Shown here: positions 55,562-64,000 of the stretch, one piece after another
How positions within the stretch are numbered: position 1 is the stretch's first letter
How the letters are laid out: each line of letters starts with the position of its first letter
Source of the DNA: Chitinophagales bacterium
Lineage (GTDB): Bacteria > Bacteroidota > Bacteroidia > Chitinophagales > JADJOU01
DNA length: 64,000 nucleotides
Direction: 5' to 3'
Assembly (NCBI GenBank): GCA_016787225.1
Contig: JAEUUY010000023.1
Location: 19,441-83,440, forward strand
The notes under the pieces: model-generated
Seen by the model: the letters and a program-made list of their open reading frames with translations, nothing else
The model's database searches: none
Told to the model about the DNA's origin: nothing
Position numbers and translations under genes: made by a program

Positions 55562-56906
55562 AAAATTGAAGCTGATATTTAAAATAACTATTCTACTATT
55601 TTGGGGTTTATCTGCTTTAGCGCAGACCGAAACATTTGTTCAAAGCTCCTCTCTTCAGTTTCCTTTTAAGTTAAGTATAAAGAAATTAGAAGAAACGACG
55701 AATCAGGCTATCAAGGGAATCATTTACAAAGATAGTCTCTACACAGATGAAAATAATGATCAACTAAAATGTACCGTATGGAAGGATGGGGATATACGTT
55801 TAAGTTCCGTGAAAAATAATGTACTCAAAGTAGACGTTCCACTCAAAGTGTGGATTGAGAAAGGAGTTGGTGCACTAGGTATATATACTTATAAGAATAC
55901 TGAATTTAGACTTATTATGTCCTTTCACCTCGTATATAATATTTCTAAGGATTGGCAATTGACTACTAAAACTCTGAAAAATGGTTATATCTGGACGCAA
56001 AAGCCAAGTCTGAATTTTGTATCACTTCAAGTTCCTATCACTCCAATTGCAGAAAAGATTTTAGATAGTAAACAAGGAGAATACGCTGGTATTATCGATT
56101 CTCAGATAGCCAAAAATATAAATTTAAAAACTCAGATAATCGATGTATGGAATCTAATGAAGGAACCGCAAAAAGTATCTGATGACTATAATACCTGGCT
56201 CGCGATCATTCCTCAAAATATTGAAGCTCTGCCATTTACACAAGACGAAAATTATATTATATCTGCTTTCAAGGTCAATATCAAAGTCATATCATCCATA
56301 GGATATGATTCTATGTTAAGCACCCCGAAGGTTCAGGATATACCGCCTTTGAATTATAAATTGTTTAATTACGACAGTTTTAGCTTATATACTTTGGTGA
56401 CTATACCTTATTTAGAAGCTAGTAACATAGCGAGGAAAAAATTTTTAAATCAGGAGTTTAGTTTTCAAGAGCGCAAATATAAGATCACTGTAAACGATAT
56501 CTCATTATACGCAAACAACAATAAGTTGATGATAGAAAGTGACCTAACGGGCTCATTCAATGGAAAAGTTTTTATACAAGGAAATTTATACTATGACGAA
56601 TTAAACAGGACGGTGAAAATGCGAAACTTGGAATTTGATTTCAAAACTAAAAACATTCTACACAAGATAGCCAATTGGCTATTTAATGGCAAAATTGAAA
56701 GAAATTTAGAGGAAAATTTTTCCATGCCAGTAAATGAGCTACTGGATTACTGTTTATTATCAACCAACCAAGCGCTCAATAGGACTCAGAATGGGTTCAA
56801 GATGACAGGTAAGGTATGGCAACTGATGCCGAGTTCTCTTGTTTGTAATGAAACAAACATATTACTTACTCTTATAGCGAAAGGCAGCCTTGAAGTAGAA
56901 AAATAA
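55554..56906 (+). CDS. DUF4403-type protein (secreted)
   Basis: 450 aa, with a signal peptide. Family assignment is from memory. Confidence 0.5.
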   Translation: MHRKLKLIFKITILLFWGLSALAQTETFVQSSSLQFPFKLSIKKLEETTNQAIKGIIYKDSLYTDENNDQLKCTVWKDGDIRLSSVKNNVLKVDVPLKVWIEKGVGALGIYTYKNTEFRLIMSFHLVYNISKDWQLTTKTLKNGYIWTQKPSLNFVSLQVPITPIAEKILDSKQGEYAGIIDSQIAKNINLKTQIIDVWNLMKEPQKVSDDYNTWLAIIPQNIEALPFTQDENYIISAFKVNIKVISSIGYDSMLSTPKVQDIPPLNYKLFNYDSFSLYTLVTIPYLEASNIARKKFLNQEFSFQERKYKITVNDISLYANNNKLMIESDLTGSFNGKVFIQGNLYYDELNRTVKMRNLEFDFKTKNILHKIANWLFNGKIERNLEENFSMPVNELLDYCLLSTNQALNRTQNGFKMTGKVWQLMPSSLVCNETNILLTLIAKGSLEVEK

Positions 56907-56907
56907 A

Positions 56908-56939
56908 AAAGGGTTGACCATTCTGATAGTCAACCCTTT
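56908..56939. terminator. Bidirectional rho-independent terminator between convergent genes
   Basis: AAAGGGTTGAC-(10 nt)-GTCAACCCTTT. A/T runs flank it on both sides, with a strong U-run on the minus strand. Confidence 0.7.
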
Positions 56940-56964
56940 ACAATTCATATATACCTTTATATGA

Positions 56965-57150
56965 TTAATGTGCAGCTGGATCAGCAGCAGAATCAGTAGC
57001 TGGTGCTACTACATTTGCAGAATCTAATGCTTGTGTCATTTGCTCTACAGCTTGATCCATAGTTACTTCTTCAGTTTTCTTCTCTTCATTATTACAACTA
57101 AGGATAGTAAGTGAAGATGCAGTCAATGCGATAAGTGCTAATTTTTTCAT
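56965..57150 (-). CDS. Mini-lipoprotein, Ala/Asp/Thr-rich (paralog A)
   Basis: 61 aa. MKKLALIALTASSLTILSC lipobox. Confidence 0.5.
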   Translation of the reverse strand: MKKLALIALTASSLTILSCNNEEKKTEEVTMDQAVEQMTQALDSANVVAPATDSAADPAAH

Positions 57151-57232
57151 TAATTGATTTTTTAAAATTCAATGCAAAGTTAGAAAACACCCTTGACTAT
57201 ATTGTCGCAAGTATCAACAATTTCAAACTAAT

Positions 57233-57266
57233 GTAAAAAAAAATAGACTGCCTAAAGGCAGTCTAT
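57233..57266 (-). terminator. Rho-independent terminator
   Basis: ATAGACTGCC-taaa-GGCAGTCTAT (57243-57266), with a long U-run on the minus strand (plus-strand aaaaaaaaaa). Confidence 0.7.
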
Positions 57267-57310
57267 CTTATAGAACGTTCTAAATAATTATCTTAATAGA
57301 CCAATTATTC

Positions 57311-57505
57311 TTACTTCGTTGCAGGAGCAACAGCAGCAGCAGCAGAATCAACTACAGCAGTAGCAGCAGCAGTATCTACAACTGCAGCAGCAGCGTCTGT
57401 AGCTACCTCAGCAGTAGCCTCTACAGCCTCTTCAGCTGGCTTAGTCTCGTTACAAGAAGTGATTGCGAAAGTTGCAACTGTCAATAAAAGTGCTAATTTT
57501 TTCAT
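57311..57505 (-). CDS. Mini-lipoprotein, Ala-rich (paralog B)
   Basis: 64 aa. MKKLALLLTVATFAITSC lipobox. The body is encoded by imperfect GCT/GCA triplet runs. Confidence 0.5.
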   Translation of the reverse strand: MKKLALLLTVATFAITSCNETKPAEEAVEATAEVATDAAAAVVDTAAATAVVDSAAAAVAPATK

Positions 57506-57594
57506 TTTTCTAAAATTTATATGTTTTTTAAAATTCGCTGCAAAGATATAGCTAATTTGGTATTTGCAACCATTATTTTGTTAAAAATAATTAA

Positions 57595-58923
57595 TTACTT
57601 TTCTTTAAAAATTAGGTTTATGTTGATTCCCTTAAAATCAAAATTTTCTCTCAGTTTATTTTTTAAGAAGTTCTTATAGTGCTCTGGCACATATTTCGGG
57701 TGATTGCAGAAAAAAGCAAAGGTTGGCGTATGAGCGTGCAATTGGGTTATATATTTTATTTTAATAAAATTACCTCTATGCGATGGTGGTGGTGTAGCTT
57801 CGATAATTTTAAGCATGACATCATTCAATTGGCTAGTAGGTATTCTTCTTCGCTGTGCCTTCGATACAGACTCTATAAATTCTAATAACTTAAATATCCT
57901 TTGTTTTTCTGTTACAGAAGTGAATAGAATAGGAATATCATTAAAAGGAGCTAATTTCGCTCTTAATTTTGCTTCATATTCTTTCATAGTATTCGTCTCC
58001 TTTTCCAACAAATCCCATTTATTGACTATGATAACTATGGCTTTTCTTCTCCGTTGCACTATTTTAAATAGAGACATATCCTGAGCCTCAATTCCTGTTT
58101 GCGCATTAATCATAAGCAATACGACATCTGCTTCTTCTATCGATCGTATCGCACGAATAACAGAATAAAATTCTAAATTTTCATGGACCTTGGTTTTGCG
58201 TCTAATACCAGCAGTGTCAATAAAAACTAGGTGTTTATCAAATTTCTTGTATTCGGAGTATATCGAATCGCGTGTAGTTCCTGCGATATCTGTTACGATA
58301 TTGCGTTCCTCTCCCATGAGTGCATTTACGAGAGAACTTTTACCCACGTTGGGTTGTCCAATAATTGCCACTTTGGGTATTTCCATAGCTTCAATTTCCT
58401 CTTTAGTCAATTCATCTTCAGTAGTTTCCTTAGGCAATTTCTCTACTATAGCATCTAAGATTTCTCCCGTACCTGAACCAGAAATAGAGGATAATGGATA
58501 CATTTCAGCAAAACCCAATCCATAAAACTCAGCACTTTCATGCAATCGTTTAGTATTATCTACCTTATTGACGACTAGTAAGACATCCTTATTAGATTTT
58601 CGCAGCATATCCGCTACATCATCGTCCAAGGAGGTAATTCCAGTGGTGACATCTACAACAAACAATATGATTCGAGCCTCGTCTAAGGCAATTTTTACCT
58701 GCTCTTTAATCGCCTTTTCAAACACATCTTGACTGCTATCGACATAGCCTCCTGTATCTATTAAATCAAAAATAACACCATTCCATTCTACTTCTCCGTA
58801 GATTCTATCACGCGTTACTCCGCTAATATCATCTACTATAGCTTTGCGTTCACCTACCAATCGATTAAAAAGTGTGGATTTACCTACATTCGGCCTACCG
58901 ACTATTGCTACTGTCTTGTTCAT
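57595..58923 (-). CDS. der: Ribosome biogenesis GTPase Der (EngA)
   Basis: 442 aa. Two G domains (GRPNVGKST, GQPNVGKSS) plus a KH-like C-terminus. Confidence 0.95.
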   Translation of the reverse strand: MNKTVAIVGRPNVGKSTLFNRLVGERKAIVDDISGVTRDRIYGEVEWNGVIFDLIDTGGYVDSSQDVFEKAIKEQVKIALDEARIILFVVDVTTGITSLDDDVADMLRKSNKDVLLVVNKVDNTKRLHESAEFYGLGFAEMYPLSSISGSGTGEILDAIVEKLPKETTEDELTKEEIEAMEIPKVAIIGQPNVGKSSLVNALMGEERNIVTDIAGTTRDSIYSEYKKFDKHLVFIDTAGIRRKTKVHENLEFYSVIRAIRSIEEADVVLLMINAQTGIEAQDMSLFKIVQRRRKAIVIIVNKWDLLEKETNTMKEYEAKLRAKLAPFNDIPILFTSVTEKQRIFKLLEFIESVSKAQRRRIPTSQLNDVMLKIIEATPPPSHRGNFIKIKYITQLHAHTPTFAFFCNHPKYVPEHYKNFLKNKLRENFDFKGININLIFKEK

Positions 58924-59837
58924 TTCTTATCTATCTTCTTCGGATTGAAGTATCCAAACTTTTCGAGTATCTTGTCTTTACTCCTCCAGTCTTCCAATAC
59001 TTTGACAAAAATAAACAAATGAATCTTAGTGCCCGTATAAGATTCTATTTCATGACGAGCTTCAGCCGATATTTTCTTGATTTTTTCAGCCTGATGACCT
59101 ATCAAAATTCGTTTTTGTGATTCACGCTCCACATAGACAATAGCCTCTATAATAGACTCTCCACTGTCTTTTTCCTGATACTTACTTATAACTACTTCTG
59201 TACTATAGGGAATCTCCTTCTGATAGCTTGAAAATATTTTTTCTCGAATAATTTCAGAAGCGAAAAACCGCATATTCCTGTCCGTCCAGTCCTGATGATC
59301 ATAATACGGTGGATGAATCGGTATATGCTTTACTAATAAATCTAAAAATCCTTGTTTGCCAAGATGAAGTTCAGCGGAAATGCATACAATTTCATCAAAC
59401 TTTAAAATTGATTCATAATAGGAAATTAACTTTTTGACCTCTTCTGGTGAACATTGATCCACTTTATTAATAACCAGAAATATCTTCTTTTTTACTCTCT
59501 TAATTTCCGAAATCAGCGGATGGTCATCTTTTAATAAATTATATTTATCGACTACTAAAACGATGATGTCCGCTTCTTCTAAGGCCAACTCAATGTATGA
59601 ATTCATATTGATTTGCAGCTGATAAGCAGGCTCGTCAATAAAGCCCGGTGTATCCACTAAAATCAATTGATAGCCCTCTGCGTGTATAAAACCTTTGATG
59701 TTTTGACGAGTGGTCTGGGATTTACTATTCACTATCGAAAGCTTTTCTTCTAAAAGCATATTGATAAGCGAAGATTTACCTACATTAGGCAATCCAACTA
59801 TATTGATAAAACCAGATTTAAAATTTGATGACGTCAT
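58920..59837 (-). CDS. era: GTPase Era
   Basis: 305 aa. GLPNVGKSSL and DTPG motifs, with a KH domain at the C-terminus. It overlaps der by 4 nt. Confidence 0.95.
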   Translation of the reverse strand: MTSSNFKSGFINIVGLPNVGKSSLINMLLEEKLSIVNSKSQTTRQNIKGFIHAEGYQLILVDTPGFIDEPAYQLQINMNSYIELALEEADIIVLVVDKYNLLKDDHPLISEIKRVKKKIFLVINKVDQCSPEEVKKLISYYESILKFDEIVCISAELHLGKQGFLDLLVKHIPIHPPYYDHQDWTDRNMRFFASEIIREKIFSSYQKEIPYSTEVVISKYQEKDSGESIIEAIVYVERESQKRILIGHQAEKIKKISAEARHEIESYTGTKIHLFIFVKVLEDWRSKDKILEKFGYFNPKKIDKK

Positions 59838-60017
59838 GAAGAAACCAAGGCAAAATTAAACTAATTGTATTACTGTTTGGGATTTTTAAAAGAAAAGCTA
59901 GTTGTTAGTATACTTAGCCAACAATTTAAACCTTAGTTAAAATTTTATATCCAAGTTAGGAACAAAAAAATAAAAGAAATTTCGATTCGTTTATATTTAC
60001 AAGTAATTTCCTAAAAC

Positions 60018-60653
60018 ATGAAACTGAATAAAATCATTATATCCCTCGCTATATTTTCTATCCATTCTGTTCAAATTACTGCACAATCCACGCCTGTCCA
60101 AGATGAAGTCAAGCCTGCTGAGACTATAGAAATAGACCGAACTATCAATCCTCATGTGGACACGGTATTAAAAAAATCATTGCCCCAGGTAGATATAACA
60201 GAAAAGGGCAATGTGAGAACTCCCGAAGAAGAAGAAGCCTATCAGAAGTTAAAGCGTCGAGTCATCAAACTCTACCCTTATGCACTAATGGCTAAACAAA
60301 TTTATGAGACTTCTTCTCAGGCTACGAGCAATATGTCAAATAAAGAAAAAAGAACTTATCTCAAAACAAAAGAAAAAGAACTTAGAGATCGGTTTGAAAA
60401 TGAAATTAAAGCCCTTTATACTACTGATGGACCAGTTCTAGTAAAATTAATTCACAGAGAAACTGGTAAGACTACCTATCAGCTTCTGCGAGAATCAAAA
60501 AGCTGGATTAATTGCATTTTCTATCAATTTGCTGCAAAAAATCATGGGTACTCTCTAAAAGACACTTTTGATCCAGCAATAGATAAGGATATAGAAAATA
60601 TGGTTCAACTATTGAAGTCAGAAGGTCAGCTGCCTGTATATTCAGGCATTTAG
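60018..60653 (+). CDS. DUF4294-type secreted protein
   Basis: 211 aa, with a signal peptide. Family assignment is from memory. Confidence 0.45.
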   Translation: MKLNKIIISLAIFSIHSVQITAQSTPVQDEVKPAETIEIDRTINPHVDTVLKKSLPQVDITEKGNVRTPEEEEAYQKLKRRVIKLYPYALMAKQIYETSSQATSNMSNKEKRTYLKTKEKELRDRFENEIKALYTTDGPVLVKLIHRETGKTTYQLLRESKSWINCIFYQFAAKNHGYSLKDTFDPAIDKDIENMVQLLKSEGQLPVYSGI

Positions 60654-60737
60654 TTGCTAGTGGTTTGTCACTAGTAACTAGTATTTATACAAACAAAATA
60701 AACGAATTTCTTCTTTTTGAGTTAATTTCGTTCTTGA

Positions 60738-61154
60738 ATGATTTTGAACTATAATCTTGCTGATATAGAGTCGATAGTTAAGGAGCTAGTCAAGCACTTT
60801 GAAGATTATCGAATTTTCTGTTTTGAAGGTCCATTAGGTGCAGGCAAGACCACTTTAATAGAAGAAATTTGCCGCTGTTTAGGAAGTACTGACTCTCTTT
60901 CTAGCCCTACATTCTCGATTGTCAACGAGTATAATTCAACTCTAGGGGTATTATATCATATGGATTGGTATCGATTGAAAAATGAAGACGAAGCAATACA
61001 TATAGGGATAGAAGATTACCTCTTTAGTGGGAGTTATTGCTTTATTGAATGGCATCAGCATGCAGAAAAACTGATTCCTAAACCTTATGTCTTAGTAAAT
61101 ATTTCTCATCAAGGAGAAAATCACAGACATATTATAGCTAAGGTTATTGAATAA
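60738..61154 (+). CDS. tsaE: tRNA t6A37 biosynthesis ATPase TsaE
   Basis: 138 aa. GPLGAGKTTL, SPTF and HMDWYR motifs. Confidence 0.85.
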   Translation: MILNYNLADIESIVKELVKHFEDYRIFCFEGPLGAGKTTLIEEICRCLGSTDSLSSPTFSIVNEYNSTLGVLYHMDWYRLKNEDEAIHIGIEDYLFSGSYCFIEWHQHAEKLIPKPYVLVNISHQGENHRHIIAKVIE

Positions 61155-61157
61155 CAT

Positions 61158-61820
61158 ATGACTAGACTAGAACAAACCAAAGACCTCTCCCCTACACTCT
61201 TTAGTGAGACCTTTCAACAAACCTATCACTCTATACATGGCGCTATATCTGAGAGCAATCATGTATTTATTGAACATGGCTTATCAGAAATTTTAAAAAC
61301 TAAAAGCAAGATATCCATCTTTGAAATGGGCTATGGAACTGGTCTCAACGCTGTATTGACATGGCAGTATGCCATCAAAAATAAGCTAGATATTCAATAC
61401 TATTCCATCGAAAAATTTCCTGTTGAGAAAAATGTATATCATGAATTTAAAACACAAGATGATCAACTTAATCTTTTATTAAGCCAATTGAATCAATCAG
61501 AATGGGGTGAAGTACATAAATTCAATAAATTCCAATTTCAAAAATCAATTGATGACTTGATTAGTATCAAATTCAATCAAGTTTTCGATTTAATCTATTT
61601 CGATGCATTTTCACCCAATGCGCAACCTGAACTTTGGACAGAGTCAATATTTAAAAAAATCTACGAAAGCATGCATTCAGATGGCATACTAGTTACTTAT
61701 TGTGCTAAAGGTCAGGTTAAGCGCAATCTCAAAACGGCAGGCTTTCTCGTAGAATCACCTGCAGGTCCAGTTGGGAAACGAGAAATGACAAGAGCACGAA
61801 AAACAATAACAAATCACTAA
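61158..61820 (+). CDS. mnmD: tRNA (mnm5s2U34) methyltransferase, MnmC-methyltransferase-domain-like (MnmD/DUF752)
   Basis: 220 aa. EMGYGTGLN SAM motif and YFDAFSPNAQPELW. Confidence 0.7.
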   Translation: MTRLEQTKDLSPTLFSETFQQTYHSIHGAISESNHVFIEHGLSEILKTKSKISIFEMGYGTGLNAVLTWQYAIKNKLDIQYYSIEKFPVEKNVYHEFKTQDDQLNLLLSQLNQSEWGEVHKFNKFQFQKSIDDLISIKFNQVFDLIYFDAFSPNAQPELWTESIFKKIYESMHSDGILVTYCAKGQVKRNLKTAGFLVESPAGPVGKREMTRARKTITNH

Positions 61821-61836
61821 TATTTCAAAACAATAC

Positions 61837-63000
61837 ATGCGCTTATTTCCCAATCAAATTAAAGCTTTAGAAGAAGTCTTGGACCTTGTAGGACAAGGTG
61901 CTGTATTAGACAATGAACTCAAAAAGAAAGTTGATTTTCACAAAAAATGGGGAGCTAAAGATCGACGAAACTTTTATCAGGCAGCTTATGATATCGTGCG
62001 TCGCTTTGAATTGTTAGAATACATTGGAAAATATGAAAACAAAGGTGTTATAGGAGCTTACCTCAGCAATATGACAGAACATGCTACAGATTATGAAACT
62101 CTTAAATCAAATATAGATTTAGAAGAACACATTCGTCTTTCATTGCCTAAATCCTTACGGGATATTTATCAAAAAGAAGATCCGAATAGTTCAGACAATT
62201 TAAAGGCCATGCAGCAGCCTGGTAATATTTACCTAAGAGTCAATACCAGTTTATTAAGCTTAAATAAATTTGCCCAAAAGCTTCAGGAGCAAGAAATACC
62301 ACATGAAATAATAACTAAAGTCAAAATCGAAGGGCGTACATTTAACTTGAATTGTATACGCCTATTGAACCGGACTCAGACGCACCGCCAATTTTTTCAT
62401 GAGAATCAGAGTTTTTTCGAGATACAAGATATCGGCTCACAAATAATAGGAGAGTTTGTCGATTTTTCAAATGCCAATACCATAATAGAATCCTGCGCAG
62501 GAAATGGCGGCAAAACGACTCATATCATTGATAAAACGAGAAACTATAATCCTCTTCATTTAGCATGTGATAATGAACGTAAAAAACTAGAACATCTGAG
62601 ACTACGTATTAATAAATGGAAAGACCATAAAGTAGTGACGGATATGGCTAAAGATAAAGTGCTGGAAAAATACCAAGGTATGGCGGATATCCTCTGTATG
62701 GACGTACCTTGCACTGGTAGTGGAACGCTGAAAAGGCAGCCTGACATCAAATACAGAATCTCTCAAAAAACACTCGAAGAAAAATTAACAAAACAGCGCG
62801 AACTTTTCCATTTATTTGATAAAACTTTAAAATCTGGTGGGCAGCTGCTATATTCTACTTGTAGCCTATTTGAATCTGAAAATCAAAAGCAAATAGAATA
62901 TATCACTCGCAATGGATATAAAATGGAAGACCAGCTAGTATTAGAGCCAAGAAACTATGCAGGCGATGGATTTTATATGGCGAAATTGAGGAAGAATTAG
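61837..63000 (+). CDS. RsmB/NOP-family SAM-dependent RNA cytosine-C5 methyltransferase
   Basis: 387 aa. CAGNGGKT, DVPCTGSGTLKRQPD and YSTCS motifs. Confidence 0.8.
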   Translation: MRLFPNQIKALEEVLDLVGQGAVLDNELKKKVDFHKKWGAKDRRNFYQAAYDIVRRFELLEYIGKYENKGVIGAYLSNMTEHATDYETLKSNIDLEEHIRLSLPKSLRDIYQKEDPNSSDNLKAMQQPGNIYLRVNTSLLSLNKFAQKLQEQEIPHEIITKVKIEGRTFNLNCIRLLNRTQTHRQFFHENQSFFEIQDIGSQIIGEFVDFSNANTIIESCAGNGGKTTHIIDKTRNYNPLHLACDNERKKLEHLRLRINKWKDHKVVTDMAKDKVLEKYQGMADILCMDVPCTGSGTLKRQPDIKYRISQKTLEEKLTKQRELFHLFDKTLKSGGQLLYSTCSLFESENQKQIEYITRNGYKMEDQLVLEPRNYAGDGFYMAKLRKN

Positions 63001-63039
63001 ATTCACTTCTCGGAAGTCTCTGATTTCCGAGAAGTGAAT

Positions 63040-63360
63040 CTAATAAGCACAATGCCTGCACCCACTCCCGCAGCAGAATCCTCGCTTGATATGAAAATAT
63101 TCTGTCATTACTTTGTAAGGACCTTCGTAGTAATAATCCAAGCCTTCTATCATAACAGAATTCGACACTGATTCTTGACTTATCTCTTTAAGTATTTGAT
63201 TGAACTCCTTTAAGCAGTTATTGCAAAGGCAATTATACTTGGTCTTGGCCAAGTAAGTTTTTGTTTCAGAAGAAAGTTGGATAGAACTACAAGCGCAGTG
63301 AGCTATATCATTGGTGAGGCAAGTAAAGTCAGAACTGCAGCGTTGACAGATTTTTTGCAC
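63040..63360 (-). CDS. Cysteine-rich CWC-like / DUF5522-like protein
   Basis: 106 aa. N-terminal CQRCSSDFTC...HCAC. C-terminal RGFCCGSGCRHCAY. Confidence 0.55.
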   Translation of the reverse strand: MQKICQRCSSDFTCLTNDIAHCACSSIQLSSETKTYLAKTKYNCLCNNCLKEFNQILKEISQESVSNSVMIEGLDYYYEGPYKVMTEYFHIKRGFCCGSGCRHCAY

Positions 63361-63365
63361 AATGA

Positions 63366-63941
63366 TTATGCGTACTTCAAATACGGAAGTCTAATTGATG
63401 CGAAGCGATTCTGCAATACAAAATATCCTCCAAAAAGAAGACAAGAATATATCAAATCACTGAGCAACGTATTTTTTATAAATGGAATACCAGCTGCATA
63501 GGAAGCCATTAAACCAGAAATATCTTTAGTATAAAATGGAAGAGAAATCCAAGCACCAAAATTAGAAATTAGAAAAAATACTAGTGTTGTAGCTAAACTG
63601 CCGCCAACTACTTTAAATTTATTAATACTAGTAAAAATTTTAGAACCTAAAAATGCTATAGCTGCATAGGCCAAATATTGCCAAATAAAACCATCATAGA
63701 AAATAGTAAATCCATTATTCATAGAAGAATAAATGGTATTATTGAGAATAAGATCACTAAAAAAAGTTGCGAATAAGGTCACTGCAATAGCCTTCCATAA
63801 TTTATCAAAATGGGCTGCACAAAATAATGCAATGGCTGCCATAGGAGAAAAATTTGGCATAGCAGGAATCAAGCGAGCTAAAGCTATTAGTATAATAATT
63901 CCAACTAAAGCACTTAATTTCAAATCTATTTTATTATTCAT
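63366..63941 (-). CDS. DUF6580-type putative transport membrane protein
   Basis: 191 aa, ~5 TM. N-terminus LARLIPAMPNFSPMAAIALF. Family assignment is from memory. Confidence 0.5.
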   Translation of the reverse strand: MNNKIDLKLSALVGIIILIALARLIPAMPNFSPMAAIALFCAAHFDKLWKAIAVTLFATFFSDLILNNTIYSSMNNGFTIFYDGFIWQYLAYAAIAFLGSKIFTSINKFKVVGGSLATTLVFFLISNFGAWISLPFYTKDISGLMASYAAGIPFIKNTLLSDLIYSCLLFGGYFVLQNRFASIRLPYLKYA

Positions 63942-64000
63942 AATTATATAGTAGTTATTGATTCTAATGCAAAAATATAAGATTCATTTCAAACAAAAAG

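Noticed and set aside
57330-57420. GCA/GCT triplet tract as an on/off phase-variation switch
   Set aside because: The repeat unit is 3 nt, so slippage would keep the frame, and the tract is interrupted. At most it could give length variation, not on/off switching.
60653-60676. Hairpin TTGCTAGTG-gtttgt-CACTAGTAA after the DUF4294-type gene as a terminator
   Set aside because: The stem includes a G-U pair and is not followed by a clear U-run. It is plausible but too weak to list as a feature.

Overview
AT-rich (roughly one-third GC by eye), densely coding chromosomal segment. It is almost certainly from a Bacteroidota genome: it has T9SS type-A and type-B C-terminal sorting domains, BshB1, and DUF1573/DUF2490/DUF4403-type genes. 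Several genes appear to start on TTG or GTG. I found no rRNA, tRNA, transposase, integrase, cas genes or multi-repeat CRISPR array. About two thirds of the window is ordinary housekeeping (ddl, eno, valS, clpC, priA, surE, recX, ruvX, def, der, era, tsaE, mnmD-like, rsmB-like, pssA, hbd, mce, M32 carboxypeptidase). The standout is a contiguous ~18 kb block (about 2.3-20.2 kb) that concentrates inorganic-carbon (Ci) uptake functions. It holds a DabA/DabB (DUF2309 + NuoL-like) pump and two paralogous SulP/STAS anion transporters. It also holds an SbtA-family permease, an E. coli Can-like beta-carbonic anhydrase, a LysR regulator and an isocitrate dehydrogenase. Interleaved with these are uncharacterised partners: two DUF2490-type outer-membrane paralogs plus a third barrel, a 113-aa pore-loop channel-like protein after dabB, and paralogous small acidic proteins ahead of each sulP. 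There is also an NTF2/SnoaL-like lipoprotein that I suspect is an iota-class carbonic anhydrase, and a Cys-rich protein of unknown function. No RuBisCO or carboxysome genes are present. I read this as an envelope-spanning Ci-acquisition system in a probable heterotroph, and it is my best candidate for something undescribed. Secondary oddities are listed next. Three GC-rich hairpins are packed between valS and a WYL-only protein gene. Three long ORF-free regions lie at about 20.2-20.7, 30.4-31.2 and 50.7-51.4 kb; the last carries several perfect hairpins, including a solitary CRISPR-repeat-like one. A signal-less metzincin sits in an operon with a TPR lipoprotein and a Crp regulator. There are also tandem Ala-rich mini-lipoproteins. 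All family names come from reading the translations and from memory. No search was run.
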